A stretch of DNA of 64,000 nt from Octopus sinensis (GCF_006345805.1 NC_043004.1:39990001-40054000); one strand, 5' to 3'; shown: positions 39,965 to 54,209, counted from the stretch's first letter. Numbers and translations are program-made. Notes: generated by a model from the sequence alone, not told the origin.

Positions 39965-40512
39965 TTTGTTGTTGTTGTTTGTTCCTTCTCAAGCGATGCC
40001 TGGCTCATAAGGGTCAGTTTCCCGGTTTCTTGGCATATAGGTTCCCCACCTGGACGGGACACAGGTGAGCTGCAAGATGCAGGGGGAAAGAGTGAGAGAA
40101 AGTTGTGGCGAAAGAGTCAGCAGAGGTTCGCCATTACCTTCTGCCAGAGCCGCGTGGAGCTTAGCTGTTTCGCTCATAAACACACACATCGCCCGGTCTG
40201 AGATTCGAACCTGCGATCCCACGACTGCGAGTCCGCCGCTCTAACCACTAGGCCATGTACCTCTACTGCACCCTTTTAAAGCCTAGCCAGGTTCATGGGC
40301 CCAGTTCCCAGTTTCTATGGCGTATGTGTTCCCCAGCTGGATGGGACGCCAGTCCATCGCAGCATTACTCATTTTTGCCAGCTGAGTAGACTGGAGCAAC
40401 GTGAAATGAAGTGTTTTACTCAAGAACACAACGCGTTGCCCGGTCCAGGAATCGAAACCACAATCTTACAATCATGATGCTGGCACCCTAACCACTAAGC
40501 CACACGCCTCCA
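39965..40512 (-). mobile_element. adjacent SINE family C (39965-40265) and family D (40272-40512)
   Basis: Two tRNA-like heads; another family D copy at 38270-38525. Confidence 0.8.
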
Positions 40513-41794
40513 CACAAGCTGTTTTTTACAAGAGATATTATGTATCCAATACAAAACTCACTATTATTGTAAACCAAATAGAAACTGAACCAACAAGACG
40601 AACCAAGCTAACAAAAGGGATTCTGCATCAAGGGTTCTCAACCATTTTTTACCTGTGGATCCCTTTGATTATTTTTTTTTATTCTGGTGGAGCCCCATAT
40701 CCATTTGATGTACAAAAACTAGTTTCGTAGAAACTTTTTTCAAAATTCCCATTTTGTTTATTACACATGAACTCATTTGTTTATTACACATGAGTAAAAC
40801 ATTAGAGAAAGAAAGCTACACGTTTCTTGCAATATGTACATCTAAAGCAAAATTTTTTCAGGGGCCCTCAAAAAGCTATTGTGAAACCACAATCTACTAT
40901 TGTTACATGGACATCCCCACCACAAATATTATATAGACTCTCAGGGGCCATATGGACCCCAGTTAAGAACCATTGCTCTACATGGTTGCTCAGTTGGCTA
41001 GAAATAACAGCTAAATCTCTATTAAACTACATCTTCCCTTATAATCTTAAAAAGGAGAATGTTTCAGATAATGCAACCTGAATCAAATATAGGATGGTTG
41101 CAATTAAGAAGTCTTTGTACATAGTTCAGCTAGACATCACACTCAATACAGACCTTGGGTTAAATAACAACAACCAAATCTTCATTGTAGTCTAGGTCAA
41201 AGAACCGCCTTGTGACTTCTTTGACAAGAGCTATGTACTTACTGGTCATAGAATTTTTGTGAGAGAAAATAAAGGTAGGTTCTCTGCTGTCAAGTATTTT
41301 TTTTACAAGGAAACATCGCCATCTTGCTGGTGAGATACAAAAAACACATTTACCATATCTATATGGGCAGTTGGATAATAAAAGGCATTTTACCTGATGC
41401 TCTACCGATTCTACCAACTAGACTTTATTTATCAACTCTAGAAATATGAAAAAAAAATAAATTGACATAGCAAGGTTTGAACTCAGAATGGAACAAACTA
41501 CACAAGGCATTTTGTTCAATGCTCTAACAATTCTGCCAATTTGCCTTCTGATAAAAGAAATCATAAAGGATGTATACTGTAAAATGGTTCTCAGCTGATA
41601 AAATAAAAAACAAGAATGGAAGGAACCTCTACATGACCAATTGTCTTGCTAGAAATACAAGCTAAATTTCTACTCAAATAACACCTTACTGCTTTTAACA
41701 TACATACACATTGCATAATGTACTTCAAAATACAAACAAAAGTCTGAAGACAAGATGGGAAGGTCATGACCAGAATGCCTTTGGTTATAGATTG

Positions 41795-42211
41795 GGATCT
41801 TTTCGGTTTGAACGGCAGTTTCTTCAAGCAGTGTCATATGAAATTGTCACCCATAATTATGACCCTAGTATCAATCTATTGCATTTCAGTCTGTTATAGA
41901 GTTAGGGTTAGGGGTGGGGGGAAGGGTATCTTTTTTTCTTCACAAATGTAAATAAACCCAATCTGTTTCTTAAACAAGGGACATATTCATACGGCACAGA
42001 ATGTTATTTACATCAATAGACGTCATTGATTGGTTGAAATTGCAGAAATTGAAGAAAACAAACAACAAATATCTTACAAATTATAGAATTTTCTCAATAA
42101 AGCCAAGAGAAAAAGATGTTTTATAAACACATTCTACCAGTACACGAAGTTTAAAACTTTTTAGTTACCTAGAAATTATGTTAAAAACTGCCGTTCAAAC
42201 AGAAAAGATCC
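41795..42211. mobile_element. Merlin-like MITE with internal TTAGGG
   Basis: TIR ggatcttttcggtttgaacggcagtttt; 8-bp TSD atagattg/atggattg. Confidence 0.75.
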
Positions 42212-43435
42212 ATGGATTGACTAAACAACTGATTTAAAAAAAAAAAATAAAAAGCACCAGTGTTGGTGAAACATGAAGAGCACCTATGCTGGTGCCACGT
42301 AAAAATCCCCCTGTACACTCTGTAAAGTGGTTGACATACAAAAGAGCATCCAGCTGTAGAAATCCTGCCAAAACAGACAATTGGGGCCTGGTGCAACTCT
42401 CTCGTTGGTCAGCTTCTGTCAAACCTTCCAAACTGTGCCAGCATGGATCACAGACATTAAATGATGATGAGGATTGCTAAGAGCCACCATTGTTTCTAGA
42501 ATTTCTTGATTACAAGTGTATGTGAGACATTCATGCCTATCCCAATAACACTGCTAACATAAGAGTGGATGTTAATGATAATTGTTTAGCGGCCATGTTA
42601 ACTCTCAGCCAGCAGACAGACCTATCTTCCAGGATTCACTATCCAGCCACGACAACTTGGTCTTTTTACAGCTACATGTAGAACAACTGTATCCAATCTG
42701 TTGCTTCCCTATTTAAAAGCACCATCCGATTGTGGCCGTTTGCCAGCCTCGTCTGGCACCTGTGCAGGTGGCACATAAAAAGCACCCACTACACTCTCGG
42801 AGTGGTTGGCGTTAGGAAAGGCATCCAGCTGTAGAAACACTGCCAGATCAGACTGGGCCTGGCGCAGCCTCCTGGCTTCCCAGACCCCAGTTGAACCGTC
42901 TAACTCATGCTAGCATGGTTAACGGACGTTAAACGATGATAATGATGATGATGAAGCTGAAGGAAATTTGGCAGCTATTTTTAGCAGGTTAAACAACCAT
43001 GTAGAGACCTCTTTGTTGGCTATTGACATCATGTTATTAAGTAGTACTATGCTTAGAGGAAGCCAACCAAAAAAGCTAGCTTCTATAACTTGGGGAGTGC
43101 CAAATCTGAAAGTGCACAAGCACACAATTATAATACACACACACATACACATCTACATAGGAAAAAAAAAAAAAGGAACCTATATGCGGTTGCTGCACTT
43201 GCTAGAAACAGCAGCTAAATTACCCTCAATTCATACAACTGTCTTAAACAAGGAATCATACACATCTGATAATTAAATCCCTCTAGAAGAAACAGAGGAT
43301 CAAAGCTGGAATGGTTCTTGTCATAATTTCTACTCAATCAGTAATTAACCAAGGACTAAACTACAACAAATATATATATATAGATATACATACAAAAGCT
43401 AAGAAAACAAACATCCTGACACAGATTATAGATGC

Positions 43436-43439
43436 CTAT

Positions 43440-43489
<50 letters not shown>

Positions 43490-43516
43490 ATATATATATG
43501 TATGTATATATATATA

Positions 43517-43572
<56 letters not shown>
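43436..43572. repeat. (TA)n microsatellite
   Basis: Directly visible. Confidence 0.95.
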
Positions 43573-43577
<5 letters not shown>

Positions 43578-43740
43578 GAAATGAGGTACTCAGAAAATCG
43601 GATGGTTTATATTTACAGATATTTATTTGTATATTACATTTTTTATATATCATATAACTTAAATCATGTATTAGCGCTTTCTCCCATTCTAGTGGGGTTT
43701 TCAAATCAAACTAAGTTCCTGTGTGAGGAGTTTTGACCAT
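43573..43740 (-). mobile_element. Penelope-like fragment with degenerate minimal hammerhead
   Basis: Abuts (TA)n. Minus strand at about 43668-43707 reads TTGAAAA-c-ccca ctagaa tggg-a-GAAAGCGCTA (palindromic AGCGCT; 2 core mismatches). Confidence 0.4.
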
Positions 43741-44208
43741 TTTATAGTGGTATTGAGTTTGTAGTGGTGGGGAGGAATATACAAGAGGGTACTAGATGAG
43801 GAGAAAGTGAGAGAGAGAACATGTGTGTATGTGTGTGTGCGCGTGTGTGTGTTTTTGTATCTGGGATAAGTGCTAAAGAAAAAGAGGGGAAGTGCCATAT
43901 ATAAATATATATATATGCACACACACAAATATAGTGCCATATATATATATATGCACACACACAAATATAGTGCCATATATATATATATATGCACACACAC
44001 AAATATAGTGTGTAAGAGAGAGAAAGCCAGAGACACTGGAGATGACAACCAGAAATCCAAATAAAGAGAAAGACAGACAGACAGACATAGGCAGAGACAG
44101 AAATATAAAAACAGACGTGATGCTTAATATCTCAAGCGGATGTACTTTATATTTTATTTTCATTTCACAAATTTTTACAACGGGGTGGGGGTGAGGGGCT
44201 ATCAACCG

Positions 44209-44314
44209 TTATGTGCATGCGGTGCAGGAGGGGGGGGGAGGTGAAGGATCAGAGTCAGTAGGATTTAATGGTGGCGTGTTCCTGTCTATTTCTGCTGTAC
44301 ACTGCTGCACCCGT
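44209..44314 (-). CDS. candidate alternative terminal exon
   Basis: Branch point gctaac, tract ttgattcttctttgataacaatctgcag|. Phase-2 frame RVQQCTAEIDRNTPPLNPTDSDPSPPPPSCTACT*; phase-0 frame TGAAVYSRNRQEHATIKSY*. Confidence 0.4.
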
Positions 44315-46324
44315 CTGCAGATTGTTATCAAAGAAGAATCAAGTTAGCGTTTGTGACAATAGCAGCCCCTCAGGTTTACTTAATTGGTAAAATATCGCAT
44401 TGTTAAGAATCCTCTCACCCAAGCAGACAACCTTTTAAACACGGCATTTTCAGTTCCTTGTTCTGAACAGAACACTGCTGTTATAATTCCATAGATATTG
44501 AGGATGTTTTATAGGAATACTCAATTTTAGTACCGCAGTTGACAATTGTTTGATGTAGGTTTTATTTGGTCGAAAGGTAAGGAGGGTTCACAGTCTATAG
44601 AAAACGTTGTTTTTGTTAGAGGTTTATCGACTGGCTGTGCAAATTATATATCACTACTATAAGATACACTGTTACGAAAAGCGAATAAAGATTTCTTTTA
44701 ATGCTAGTTTACTGTTCCGAAAAATACCACTTCAGTGTTTATACACAGCGTAATGTTGCCAATATTTTGCATGATCTGCTATCGGCGAACTACATACACT
44801 AACCACTCACGTAGGAAGAACTAACGAGGGGAAGAACCTCCACATGGTCACTAAGCAGCTAAATCTCATTCAAATCACACCTGGATAGCTTCAAGAAAGG
44901 ACACCCTGAAAAGTGCACCCCTTAGATACACTATGTCTGAATGGGGTGAGATGGGGCAATGCAGCTCTAATATTTTTTTACAATAGAAGTCTGATGGATC
45001 AGAGTTGAGACCGATCCGAACTAAATAAGAATTCTCCAAGAGAAAAGACAAACATAATGCACAGCTAATATTTGACAAATAATCATTACCTTTAAAGAAT
45101 TCCCACGCCGAGAGAACGAGAGAAGAGACTCGACGTGGTCGCTCGGTTAGCTAGAAATCACCATCTTACTCTTTCCCAAATCATACTGGGCCATCAAAAA
45201 TTAAAATTTAACAAAAACCGGAAAATATATACAGTGCCATATTAAAACGTGGGAAAACTAGGCATTTCCCGCGGGGGAGGGGAGGTGTATCAGGTACAGG
45301 GGTCAGATTTTCAGCTCTGTATGTCAGTAAATAAAACTCTAGGGTTCAGTGTATTGATTTGCCAGGGAGTTTATGATATACTCAGGCAGCCACGAGGATA
45401 AACAGAACAATGCAAACAGACTAGACGAGTGGCGAGACATACCTTTGTAGGTCTATTCGGGTAGGGGTGACCTAGGGTTAAACAACTAAATAGGCAACAA
45501 CAGCCAACACCTAACTCTAACCCCGCTTCCTAGTCATAATTGAGACACCATTGATAAACTGGGAGAGGAAGAACTGTTTAAACACGATAGTAAAACCACT
45601 TAGCATTTTTATATATTTATTTTTATTCAGCCGGATTTATGTACGTCTGAGAGAAAAAAAAAATTAATGCCATATTACTACAAGGAAGGAATAGCTCACA
45701 ACATCCCCAGTGAACATGCTTTATTAACACACCGAACTATACACCCTCTATTATATATTATACACGCATATTTGCAACAAGACAGGCCAACGTTGAGTCT
45801 GTTGTTTGTTACATTATCTTCTGTCAACATTTGTAGGTTCGCTCACGTAGAATTTTTTTTTCATATCAGAGAAACAGAGAGGGTATTAAAAATAAAAAAT
45901 AAAAAATTTTGAATCGCCCCCTTTTTTTTTTTTTTTTTAATTAATCAATTTGTGTGAATGTGAAGAGAACAGATAAGCTTCTTTACAATTACACTGTATG
46001 TATATCTAAATGAACCAGTATGTATCTGTACGTATGAACATGTGCTTGTATGTATATATGTGTGTACGTGTATTCGTGTATGTGTACGAACATGTATGCG
46101 TGTGTGTGTGTGTGTGTGTGTGTGTGAGTGATCGTTGCATATCGATTATAGATCGATTAGAGTGTAACTCGAAAAAGTACTCAATACGCTGACAGTACCG
46201 AGTCGATATTACTTGTATTAAACAAGAGATGCCTTAAAACGAAATTGTTTTAATACATCCTATTAGTTAAAAGATCTTTGATAAAGTATTGAAGTGTAAC
46301 GAAATAATTGTAATTAAAGCCAGA

Positions 46325-46680
46325 CATAAACACATACATAGACAGATACATCCGTACATACATACATACACACACATCTGTACATACATATATACACACA
46401 CACACATCCGTGCATACATACATATATACATCCATACGTACATACATGCATACGTACATACATACATATATACATACTTGCGTACGTACATACATACATA
46501 CATACGTACGTACACACAAACATACATACGTACGTACACACAAACATACATACGTACATGCATAATACACACACACACACACATACGTACATACATACAT
46601 ACATCCGTATGTACGTAATACACACACACGCACATACATACATACATACGTACATACATCCATACATACATACGTACGTA

Positions 46681-46715
<35 letters not shown>

Positions 46716-46740
46716 TACATACATACATACATACATACTC
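46325..46740. repeat. degenerate (TACA)n/(CA)n satellite
   Basis: Directly visible. Confidence 0.95.
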
Positions 46741-47140
46741 TAAACATTATACCATTGTTTATTAATCTCTTCTGTAAAGTTATAAAAATCTATTTCCTTT
46801 GGTTGAAACATTCTGAACTACAGCAGTTAGAATACAATTACACCAAATTGCGAAAATTCAAGAAATGTCATTAATTCTTCTATAAATTAACACAATTTAA
46901 AAGCTTAAAAGTAGACACCAAAACCATCACAAAACAAAAGAAAAATAAGGAATTACATAGGTAGAGAAATCTACAAGGTTCTTTCTATTCCATCCAATAC
47001 TTTATGAAGAACAAAAGGAATTACCAAAATATGTTTGTTACAAAAGACATTATTATATGGACGGATGATGTATAATAAACATCCGAGCAAGAGTGTATAC
47101 AGTGACTTAACAAATTTTGAGATTATATATTATATTATAT

Positions 47141-47213
<73 letters not shown>

Positions 47214-47250
47214 TCGCGACTCAAGATAAAAATACTACAGCATCACTCAC

Positions 47251-47293
47251 ATTATTTGTATTATTGAGTTCGTCTGTGTCTGAGTTGACACTC
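47251..47293 (-). CDS. candidate 43-nt exon (3n+1)
   Basis: actaat...tgtgtacatgtgtcag|GAGTGTC...AATAAT|gtgagt; open in phase 2 (SVNSDTDELNNTNN) and phase 1 (VSTQTQTNSIIQI). Confidence 0.45.
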
Positions 47294-47610
47294 CTGACAC
47301 ATGTACACAGTTTTTAATTAGTTTTAAAATTATTTATAGTGGATATTTCTGTTGGTGTTTTTGGGAGGAGGGAGAGAAAGGGTGAAAAATTGTAAATTCT
47401 ATTATTATTATACAAGAGATCATTCTAGAAAGATTTTGCTAAACGCCCTTATATATATATATATATATATATAAAACACGCCTATGCACATATATACACA
47501 TACACACACACACACTTATACAGATATATACACACAAACACGCCTATATATATATATACATGTGTGTATGTGTGTGTGTGTGTGTGTACGTGTGTGTACA
47601 GTGTATATAT

Positions 47611-47667
<57 letters not shown>

Positions 47668-47724
47668 ATATACATATACATCTGTACAGATGTGTTTATA
47701 TATTTATATACATCTGTACAGATG

Positions 47725-47755
<31 letters not shown>

Positions 47756-48172
47756 ATGTGTGTGTCTATATATACATATATACATACATATATATACAGA
47801 CTCGCTTAGGGATATATATATACATATATATACACACAAATTTATACATTATATATATATATACACGGGCGCGCTTATACATCTATATAAACACACACAC
47901 ACACACATCAATCTACCGATAGATACATAGATATACACAAACACACTGTACAAATAGAGAGAAGCCCTCAATATGGAAATAATAAACTACCAGCACACAT
48001 CTGACAATGGCAATAGTTAAGTGTTTTTCGTAAGGATTTAAGCCATGAAATTTCAGGAATAATCTGAAATCCAAATATTAACCATGTCTTTCCCTCTTTG
48101 ATATCTGTGTGTATTATTGTTGTTGTTGTTGTAATTATGGTAATCTCCAGTGCGATATAAACTGTATTTGTT

Positions 48173-48206
<34 letters not shown>

Positions 48207-48399
48207 ACATGTTTTCGCTCTTTCTCTTTCTCCCAATATCCGCCAAGCCAGACATAAAAATCCTTACATATAATAATATTCGCTGCCATACGACAATGCG
48301 CTCAAACCAGACAAAGATTCTCGTAAAATTCTTTACACACTGGCACACAAGACACACACACACACACGATGACACAATAACAAAGATACATACACACTA

Positions 48400-48448
<49 letters not shown>

Positions 48449-48478
48449 TATATATATATACACACACGTGTATGTATG

Positions 48479-48511
<33 letters not shown>

Positions 48512-48634
48512 TATATATATACAATATATAATGACAATATATATATATTATATATATATATTATATATATATATATACAATGACAATACGTGTGTATATA
48601 TACACAATGACAATAACATAGATACATACATACT

Positions 48635-48672
<38 letters not shown>

Positions 48673-48700
48673 ATGACAATAACAGATACATACATACTAG

Positions 48701-48731
<31 letters not shown>

Positions 48732-49022
48732 ATGACAATTGGTGTGTATATATATACACAATGACAATAACATAGATACATACATACTAGTATATATATA
48801 TATATACTATATATATATATATATATATATATAATATGTATGCACACACACACACATATACACAGATGTATATATATACACGCACACAATAACATAACAA
48901 ATACATATACATACATACAGAGGCATAGGTAGGCACAATGACATCTATCTATATACGCATTCTAAGACTCCATCCATCCAAACACTCGCACGAAAACTGA
49001 CAAAAATAAAACAAGTACCCCG

Positions 49023-49053
<31 letters not shown>

Positions 49054-49429
49054 TATTATTATTACTATTATTATTATCATTATTATTATTATTATTATTA
49101 TTATACACGCACAGGCACAGAAGTAAAAAAAAAAACAAAAAACACATACCACAGTAGCAGACAAAAACCTATCTCAAAGAGAGAGAGAGAGAGATAGAGA
49201 GACAGAGACAGACAGATAAATATTAATCTCAAAGAAATAGACAGAAATATCAAAATACACGCACTCACTCAGTTCCTTGTTGTGGACAGAGGATAAGGCT
49301 TATAGAAACAACAACAACAAACAATAATAATAATAACAATAATAATAATAACAATAATAATAATAATAATAATGATAATAACAATAACAATGCTATTTCA
49401 ATTAAGACAATATGAAATCGACAACTTAC

Positions 49430-49451
49430 CAAAGTGAGAAAAAAAGGCGGT
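49430..49451 (-). CDS. candidate 22-nt microexon (3n+1) or 3' end of a longer exon
   Basis: ttaattaatagcag|ACCGCCTTTTTTTCTCACTTTG|gtaagt; donor is consensus; an alternative acceptor ttatttctccag| at 49531 would give 101 nt. Confidence 0.4.
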
Positions 49452-49844
49452 CTGCTATTAATTAACCTCGGTTATTTAATTATAATATGTATATATGTAT
49501 ATATATATAAATCCGAAATGGTATTTTTCACTGGAGAAATAACAAGGCTTGACACGCACACATACACACACTCTGTATTTCCAAAAATCACATTCAAAAT
49601 CGCTCGTGTCTGTTATTGCAACTGTTTTATTCTTAAGGCTGCACCTAAAAACAAGCGCAGTCTTTGGAAAACACGGTGTGCGCGCGCGCAACGAGTGTGT
49701 GTCTGTATCCGTATAATACGATGTATGCGTGTGTATATGCGTGCTTGTGGTTGTATATGGTGTGTGCGTGCGTGCGTGCGAGTGATATGGTGTGTATGTG
49801 CGTGTCTGTGTGATATGTGTGCGTGCGTGTGATATGGTGTGCAT

Positions 49845-49881
<37 letters not shown>

Positions 49882-50154
49882 ATGGAATTCTGGGTCTTTG
49901 ACCTTTTTTTTTACTTTTGGCTTGTATTATTTTTCCATTTGTTTATCTCTCTCTTCTTTTATCTTATTCTGTTATTAAAAGATGTGTTCTTTCAGTTGAA
50001 TACTTTTTTTTCTTCCGTTAAGAATAATATTCCTTGTAAACCGTATGAGTACATTTAGTTTTCCCAGCCTAAATCTTGCTTTATTATGTTTTTATTATAA
50101 AAATACACTCCAGTACTTATTAACTAAAAAAACAATTACACACACACACACACG

Positions 50155-50262
50155 TATGTATGTATGTATGTATGTATGTATGTATGTATGTATGTATGTA
50201 TGTATGTATGTATGTATGTATGTATGTATGTATGTATGAATGTGTGTATGTATGTATGTATG

Positions 50263-50296
<34 letters not shown>

Positions 50297-50752
50297 TTGT
50301 ATGTATGTATGTATGTTATGATGTATGTATGTATGTAATGTATGTATGATGTATGTATGTATGTGCGTATGTATGTATGTATGTATGTATGTATGATGTA
50401 TGTATGTATGTAGTATGTATGTATGTGCGTATGTATGTATGTATGTTATGATGTATGTATGTATGTATGTATGATGTATGTATGTATGTATGTATGTGCG
50501 TATGTATGTATGTATGTATGTATGTATGTATGTAGTATGTATGTTGTATGTATGTATGTATTATGTATGTATGTATGTATGTATGTATGTATGTATGTGC
50601 GTATGTATGTATGTATGTATGTATGATGTATGTATGTATGTATGTATGTATGTATGTATGTATGATGTATGTATGTATGTATGTATGTATGTATGTGCGT
50701 ATGTATGTATGTATGATGTATGTATGTATGTATGTATGCATATATGTATGTA
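50155..50752. repeat. (TATG)n satellite
   Basis: About 600 bp tetranucleotide array. Confidence 0.97.
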
Positions 50753-51164
50753 TATATTTATGTTATATACACACACACATTACGCAATGGAACTCACTCA
50801 CTACAATCGCGAGTTTTTATCAAATGCAAAATCAGTGAGTCCCCCAAAAAGTTCGAGCTATTGTTATATTTTCCGCTTAATGTCACCAGCCGGTTATTGT
50901 TATCAAAAAGGTTCCGTCTCAGCCCGCGACAATAAGCGATTGTTACTGTATTAGTAGTCTTTTCCTTCAATTATTATTACATTCTTAAATCTATATATTC
51001 TTTGCTTCATACAGATGAGGAAAATGTCAAAAGTTATATAGAAGAGAATGGTTATTTTTTTTTTTTTAATTCATGTATTTTTATTATTTTGTTTTCGATA
51101 AGAATCATGTTTAGTTTAGGTTCGTCAAATTTCTAATTTAATTATCTCATGGGGAACTTCTGTT

Positions 51165-51550
51165 CTTCCCTTCTCTCTCTCTCTCTCTATTTATCTATTT
51201 TTCTCTCTTTCTATCTATCTTTCTTTCTCTCTGTCTATTTATCTATCTATTTATCTTTCTCTCTCTTTCTATCTATCTTTCTTTCTCTCCCACTCTCTCT
51301 ATTTATCTATCTATTTTTCTCTCTATCTTTCTCTCTTTCTATCTATCTTTCTTTCTCTCCCACTCTCTCTGTCTCTCTCTCTATTTATCTATCTATTTAT
51401 CTGTCTATTTTTCTATCTATCTTTCTTTCTCTCCCACTCTCTCTCTCTCTATCTATCTAGCTAGCTATCTTTCTCTTTCTATCTATCTTTCTTTCTCTCC
51501 CACTGTCACTCTCTCTCTATCTAGCTATCTATCTTTCTCTCCCTCTCTCA
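51165..51550. repeat. (CT)/(CTAT)n pyrimidine-rich satellite
   Basis: Directly visible. Confidence 0.95.
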
Positions 51551-52024
51551 TACACACACACGCACACAGTCTGTCACACAACATACGTGTGGAACAGAGG
51601 CATCATGACATCTATGCACTTGTAGTTGTTTAGCTTCATTCAGCTTTAATTATCTGCCTCATGTTTACTTCATGTGTCCTTCCTTTCTCAGAGGAGTAGT
51701 CTTTGATGTAAAGGAAACTGTGACTGCAATTTCTTGCAGATAAAGTAAATCACATGGAGGCTGCCTAGTTGGAGGAGGAGGAGAACAGTTAATAATGAAC
51801 TCAATACCTTTCAGCATTTCATTTCAGCTCTTCACATTATCAGTTCGATTCCTCAGCGTAGTCAATAAACTTACCAACAGCTATGTAACGGCTTCATTTC
51901 AATCAACACAACCGCAGCCTTGTGCTAAGATTATCTTAGTACTCTATCGTGGGTCGTCGTTGTCGTTAAGTCCCCAAGTCAACTTTGAGCGAGTAGCCCT
52001 ATGATCGTAGATAGTCCAAGTATG

Positions 52025-52455
52025 GGATCTTTTCGGTTTGAACGGCAGTTTTTAACCTAATTTCTAGGTAACTAAAAAATTTTAAACTTCGTATATTGGT
52101 AGAATGTGTTTATAAAACATCTTTTTCTCTTGGCTTTATTGAGAAAATTCTATAGTTTGTAAGATATCTGTTGTTTTTTTTTCTTCAATTTCAGCAATTT
52201 CAACCAATCACTGACGTCTATTGAGGTAAAAAAAAACATTCTGTGTCGTATGAATATGTCCCTCGTTTAAGAAACAGATTGGGTTTATTTACATTTGTGA
52301 AGAAAAAAAAGATACCCTTCCCCCCACCCCTAACCTAACTAACCCTAACCCTAAAACAGATTGAAATGCAATAGATCGATACTAGGGTTATAATTATGGG
52401 TGACAATTTCATATGACACCGCTAGAAAAAACTGCCGTTCAAACCGAAAAGGTCC
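52025..52455. mobile_element. Merlin-like MITE with internal CCCTAA
   Basis: Same TIRs and body as 41795-42211, inverted; TSD not evident. Confidence 0.75.
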
Positions 52456-52890
52456 TTGCATTATTTAAATATGTACTAAAGGCAGCAAGCACATCGGACA
52501 AAATGCTTAGTGACATTTCGTCCGTCTTTATGTTCTGAGTTCAAAATTCCAACGAGTTCAATCTTGCCTTTCATTCTGTTGGGGTCGATAAAAATAAATA
52601 TTATTCAAGTACTAGGGTTGCTGTTAAAGGATTTGCCCCTTCTCCCCAAAAACTGCTGGCCCTGTGCCAAAATTTGAAACTATCATCTAGATATGTCCTT
52701 CCCTTCTTTTTCTGAAGATGGTGAGGTGTGACATGAGTAACTTTGTTGCTATTTCTAATAAGTCAAACGTCAGGATGTGGAAATCCTCAGTCCCATGGAA
52801 AATTTCGCCCTCATCAAAATTTATCCCTTTAACAGTGAAATTAAATTTCATGGTTATTCCAGTAATGGTGCTAAATATCTACCAAAAAAT

Positions 52891-53201
52891 CATCATCATT
52901 TAACGTCCACTTTCCATGCTAGCATGGGTTGGACGGTTCAACTGGGGTCTGGGAAGTCGGAAGGCTGCACCAGGCCCAGTCTGATCTGGCAGTGTTTCTA
53001 CAGCTGGATGCCCTTCCTAACGCCAACCACTCCGTGAGTGTAGTGGGTGCCTTTTACGTGCCAGACGAGGCTGGGTACGGCCACGATCAGATAGTGCTTT
53101 TTACGTGCCACGATCAGATAGTGCTTTTTACGTGCCACCGGCACGGAGGCCAGTCGGGGCAACGGCTACGTTCGGATGGTTCTCTTATGTGCCACCGGCA
53201 C
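52891..53201 (-). mobile_element. SINE-like family B
   Basis: Tail, core and tandem motifs. Confidence 0.85.
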
Positions 53202-53703
53202 TGAAGAATAGAATTGGTATTTTCTGCAAGTCATGTTGCCTCAATAAACTTGACATATCTCAACAAAAAGTAGTTTCAAACATGACATTTTTGCCAACAA
53301 ACAACAGATTCTTATATAAAACTGCTTTCCACAGTTTTAAGTGGATAATCTGATTTCTACAATAGGGTCTACTCACTGATGAAGTTCTCCCTTAAATCAT
53401 ACGAAAAACAGGAAACAAAATTACTTAAGCCTCTAACTCTCTATTTACTAAGAAGAGGTTGCTTCCAATACACCATAGAGGTATCCTAAGTATTATAACC
53501 ATCTAGTTAATTCATTATTAATTTTTTAAATAATGTGATGGTCATTTCTCTCAGAGCAGACGTGGCTCTACACATTCTTGTGTACTTAATGGTACAACTG
53601 GAGTCAAAGTGCAGAAAAACTTGTGATTCCCTGCCCTGCTTACCAAAAATGAAAAAGTTCCCAAGCTCCATTATTGGATGCTGCATTATTGGCTTCTTAC
53701 AAA

Positions 53704-53922
53704 GGCGGTGAGCTGGCGGAAACATTAGTATGTGGAGCGAAACGCTAAGCGGTATTTCAATTGTCCTCATGTTCTGAGCTCGAATGCTGCCGGAGTTGAC
53801 TTTGCCTTTCATCCTTTCGGGGTTGATAAATTAAGTACCAGTTACACACTAGGGTTGATGTAATCGGCTCATCCCCTTCCCCTAAATTTCAGGCCTTGTG
53901 CCTTAACTAGAAAGGATTATTA
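53704..53922 (+). mobile_element. SINE family E
   Basis: ggcggtgagctggc head and gcctttcatcctttcggggttgataaa..aagtaccag core; copies at 52480-52680 (+), 3630-4080 (-) and 30720-30880 (-). Confidence 0.7.
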
Positions 53923-54209
53923 GCTTGTCACAGCACTGACTACTTGTTTAGCAATAATCAATCACCACTAAAGTTATTTGTTTTTTTTTTCCCCCTTCTT
54001 TTTAAATTTTCATCCATTTTCATTCTTCTAAATTCCTTTCATCCATTTTCATACTTCTTGTTATTGGTTTTGTGTTGTTGTCTACCAGATGCTCAACTGC
54101 TCGTCCTATGCATGCTATACTGACTAATAAAGTTAACCTCAAGCATATACTCCACAATTTTGAGCAACAAAGGAAACTCCATGAGCTCCCTTGATCTTTA
54201 ATCTTTACT

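Noticed and set aside
46250-50954. Many long ORFs rich in Y/V/C/M/I/H/T
   Set aside because: They are translations of (TA)n, (CA)n and (TATG)n microsatellites.
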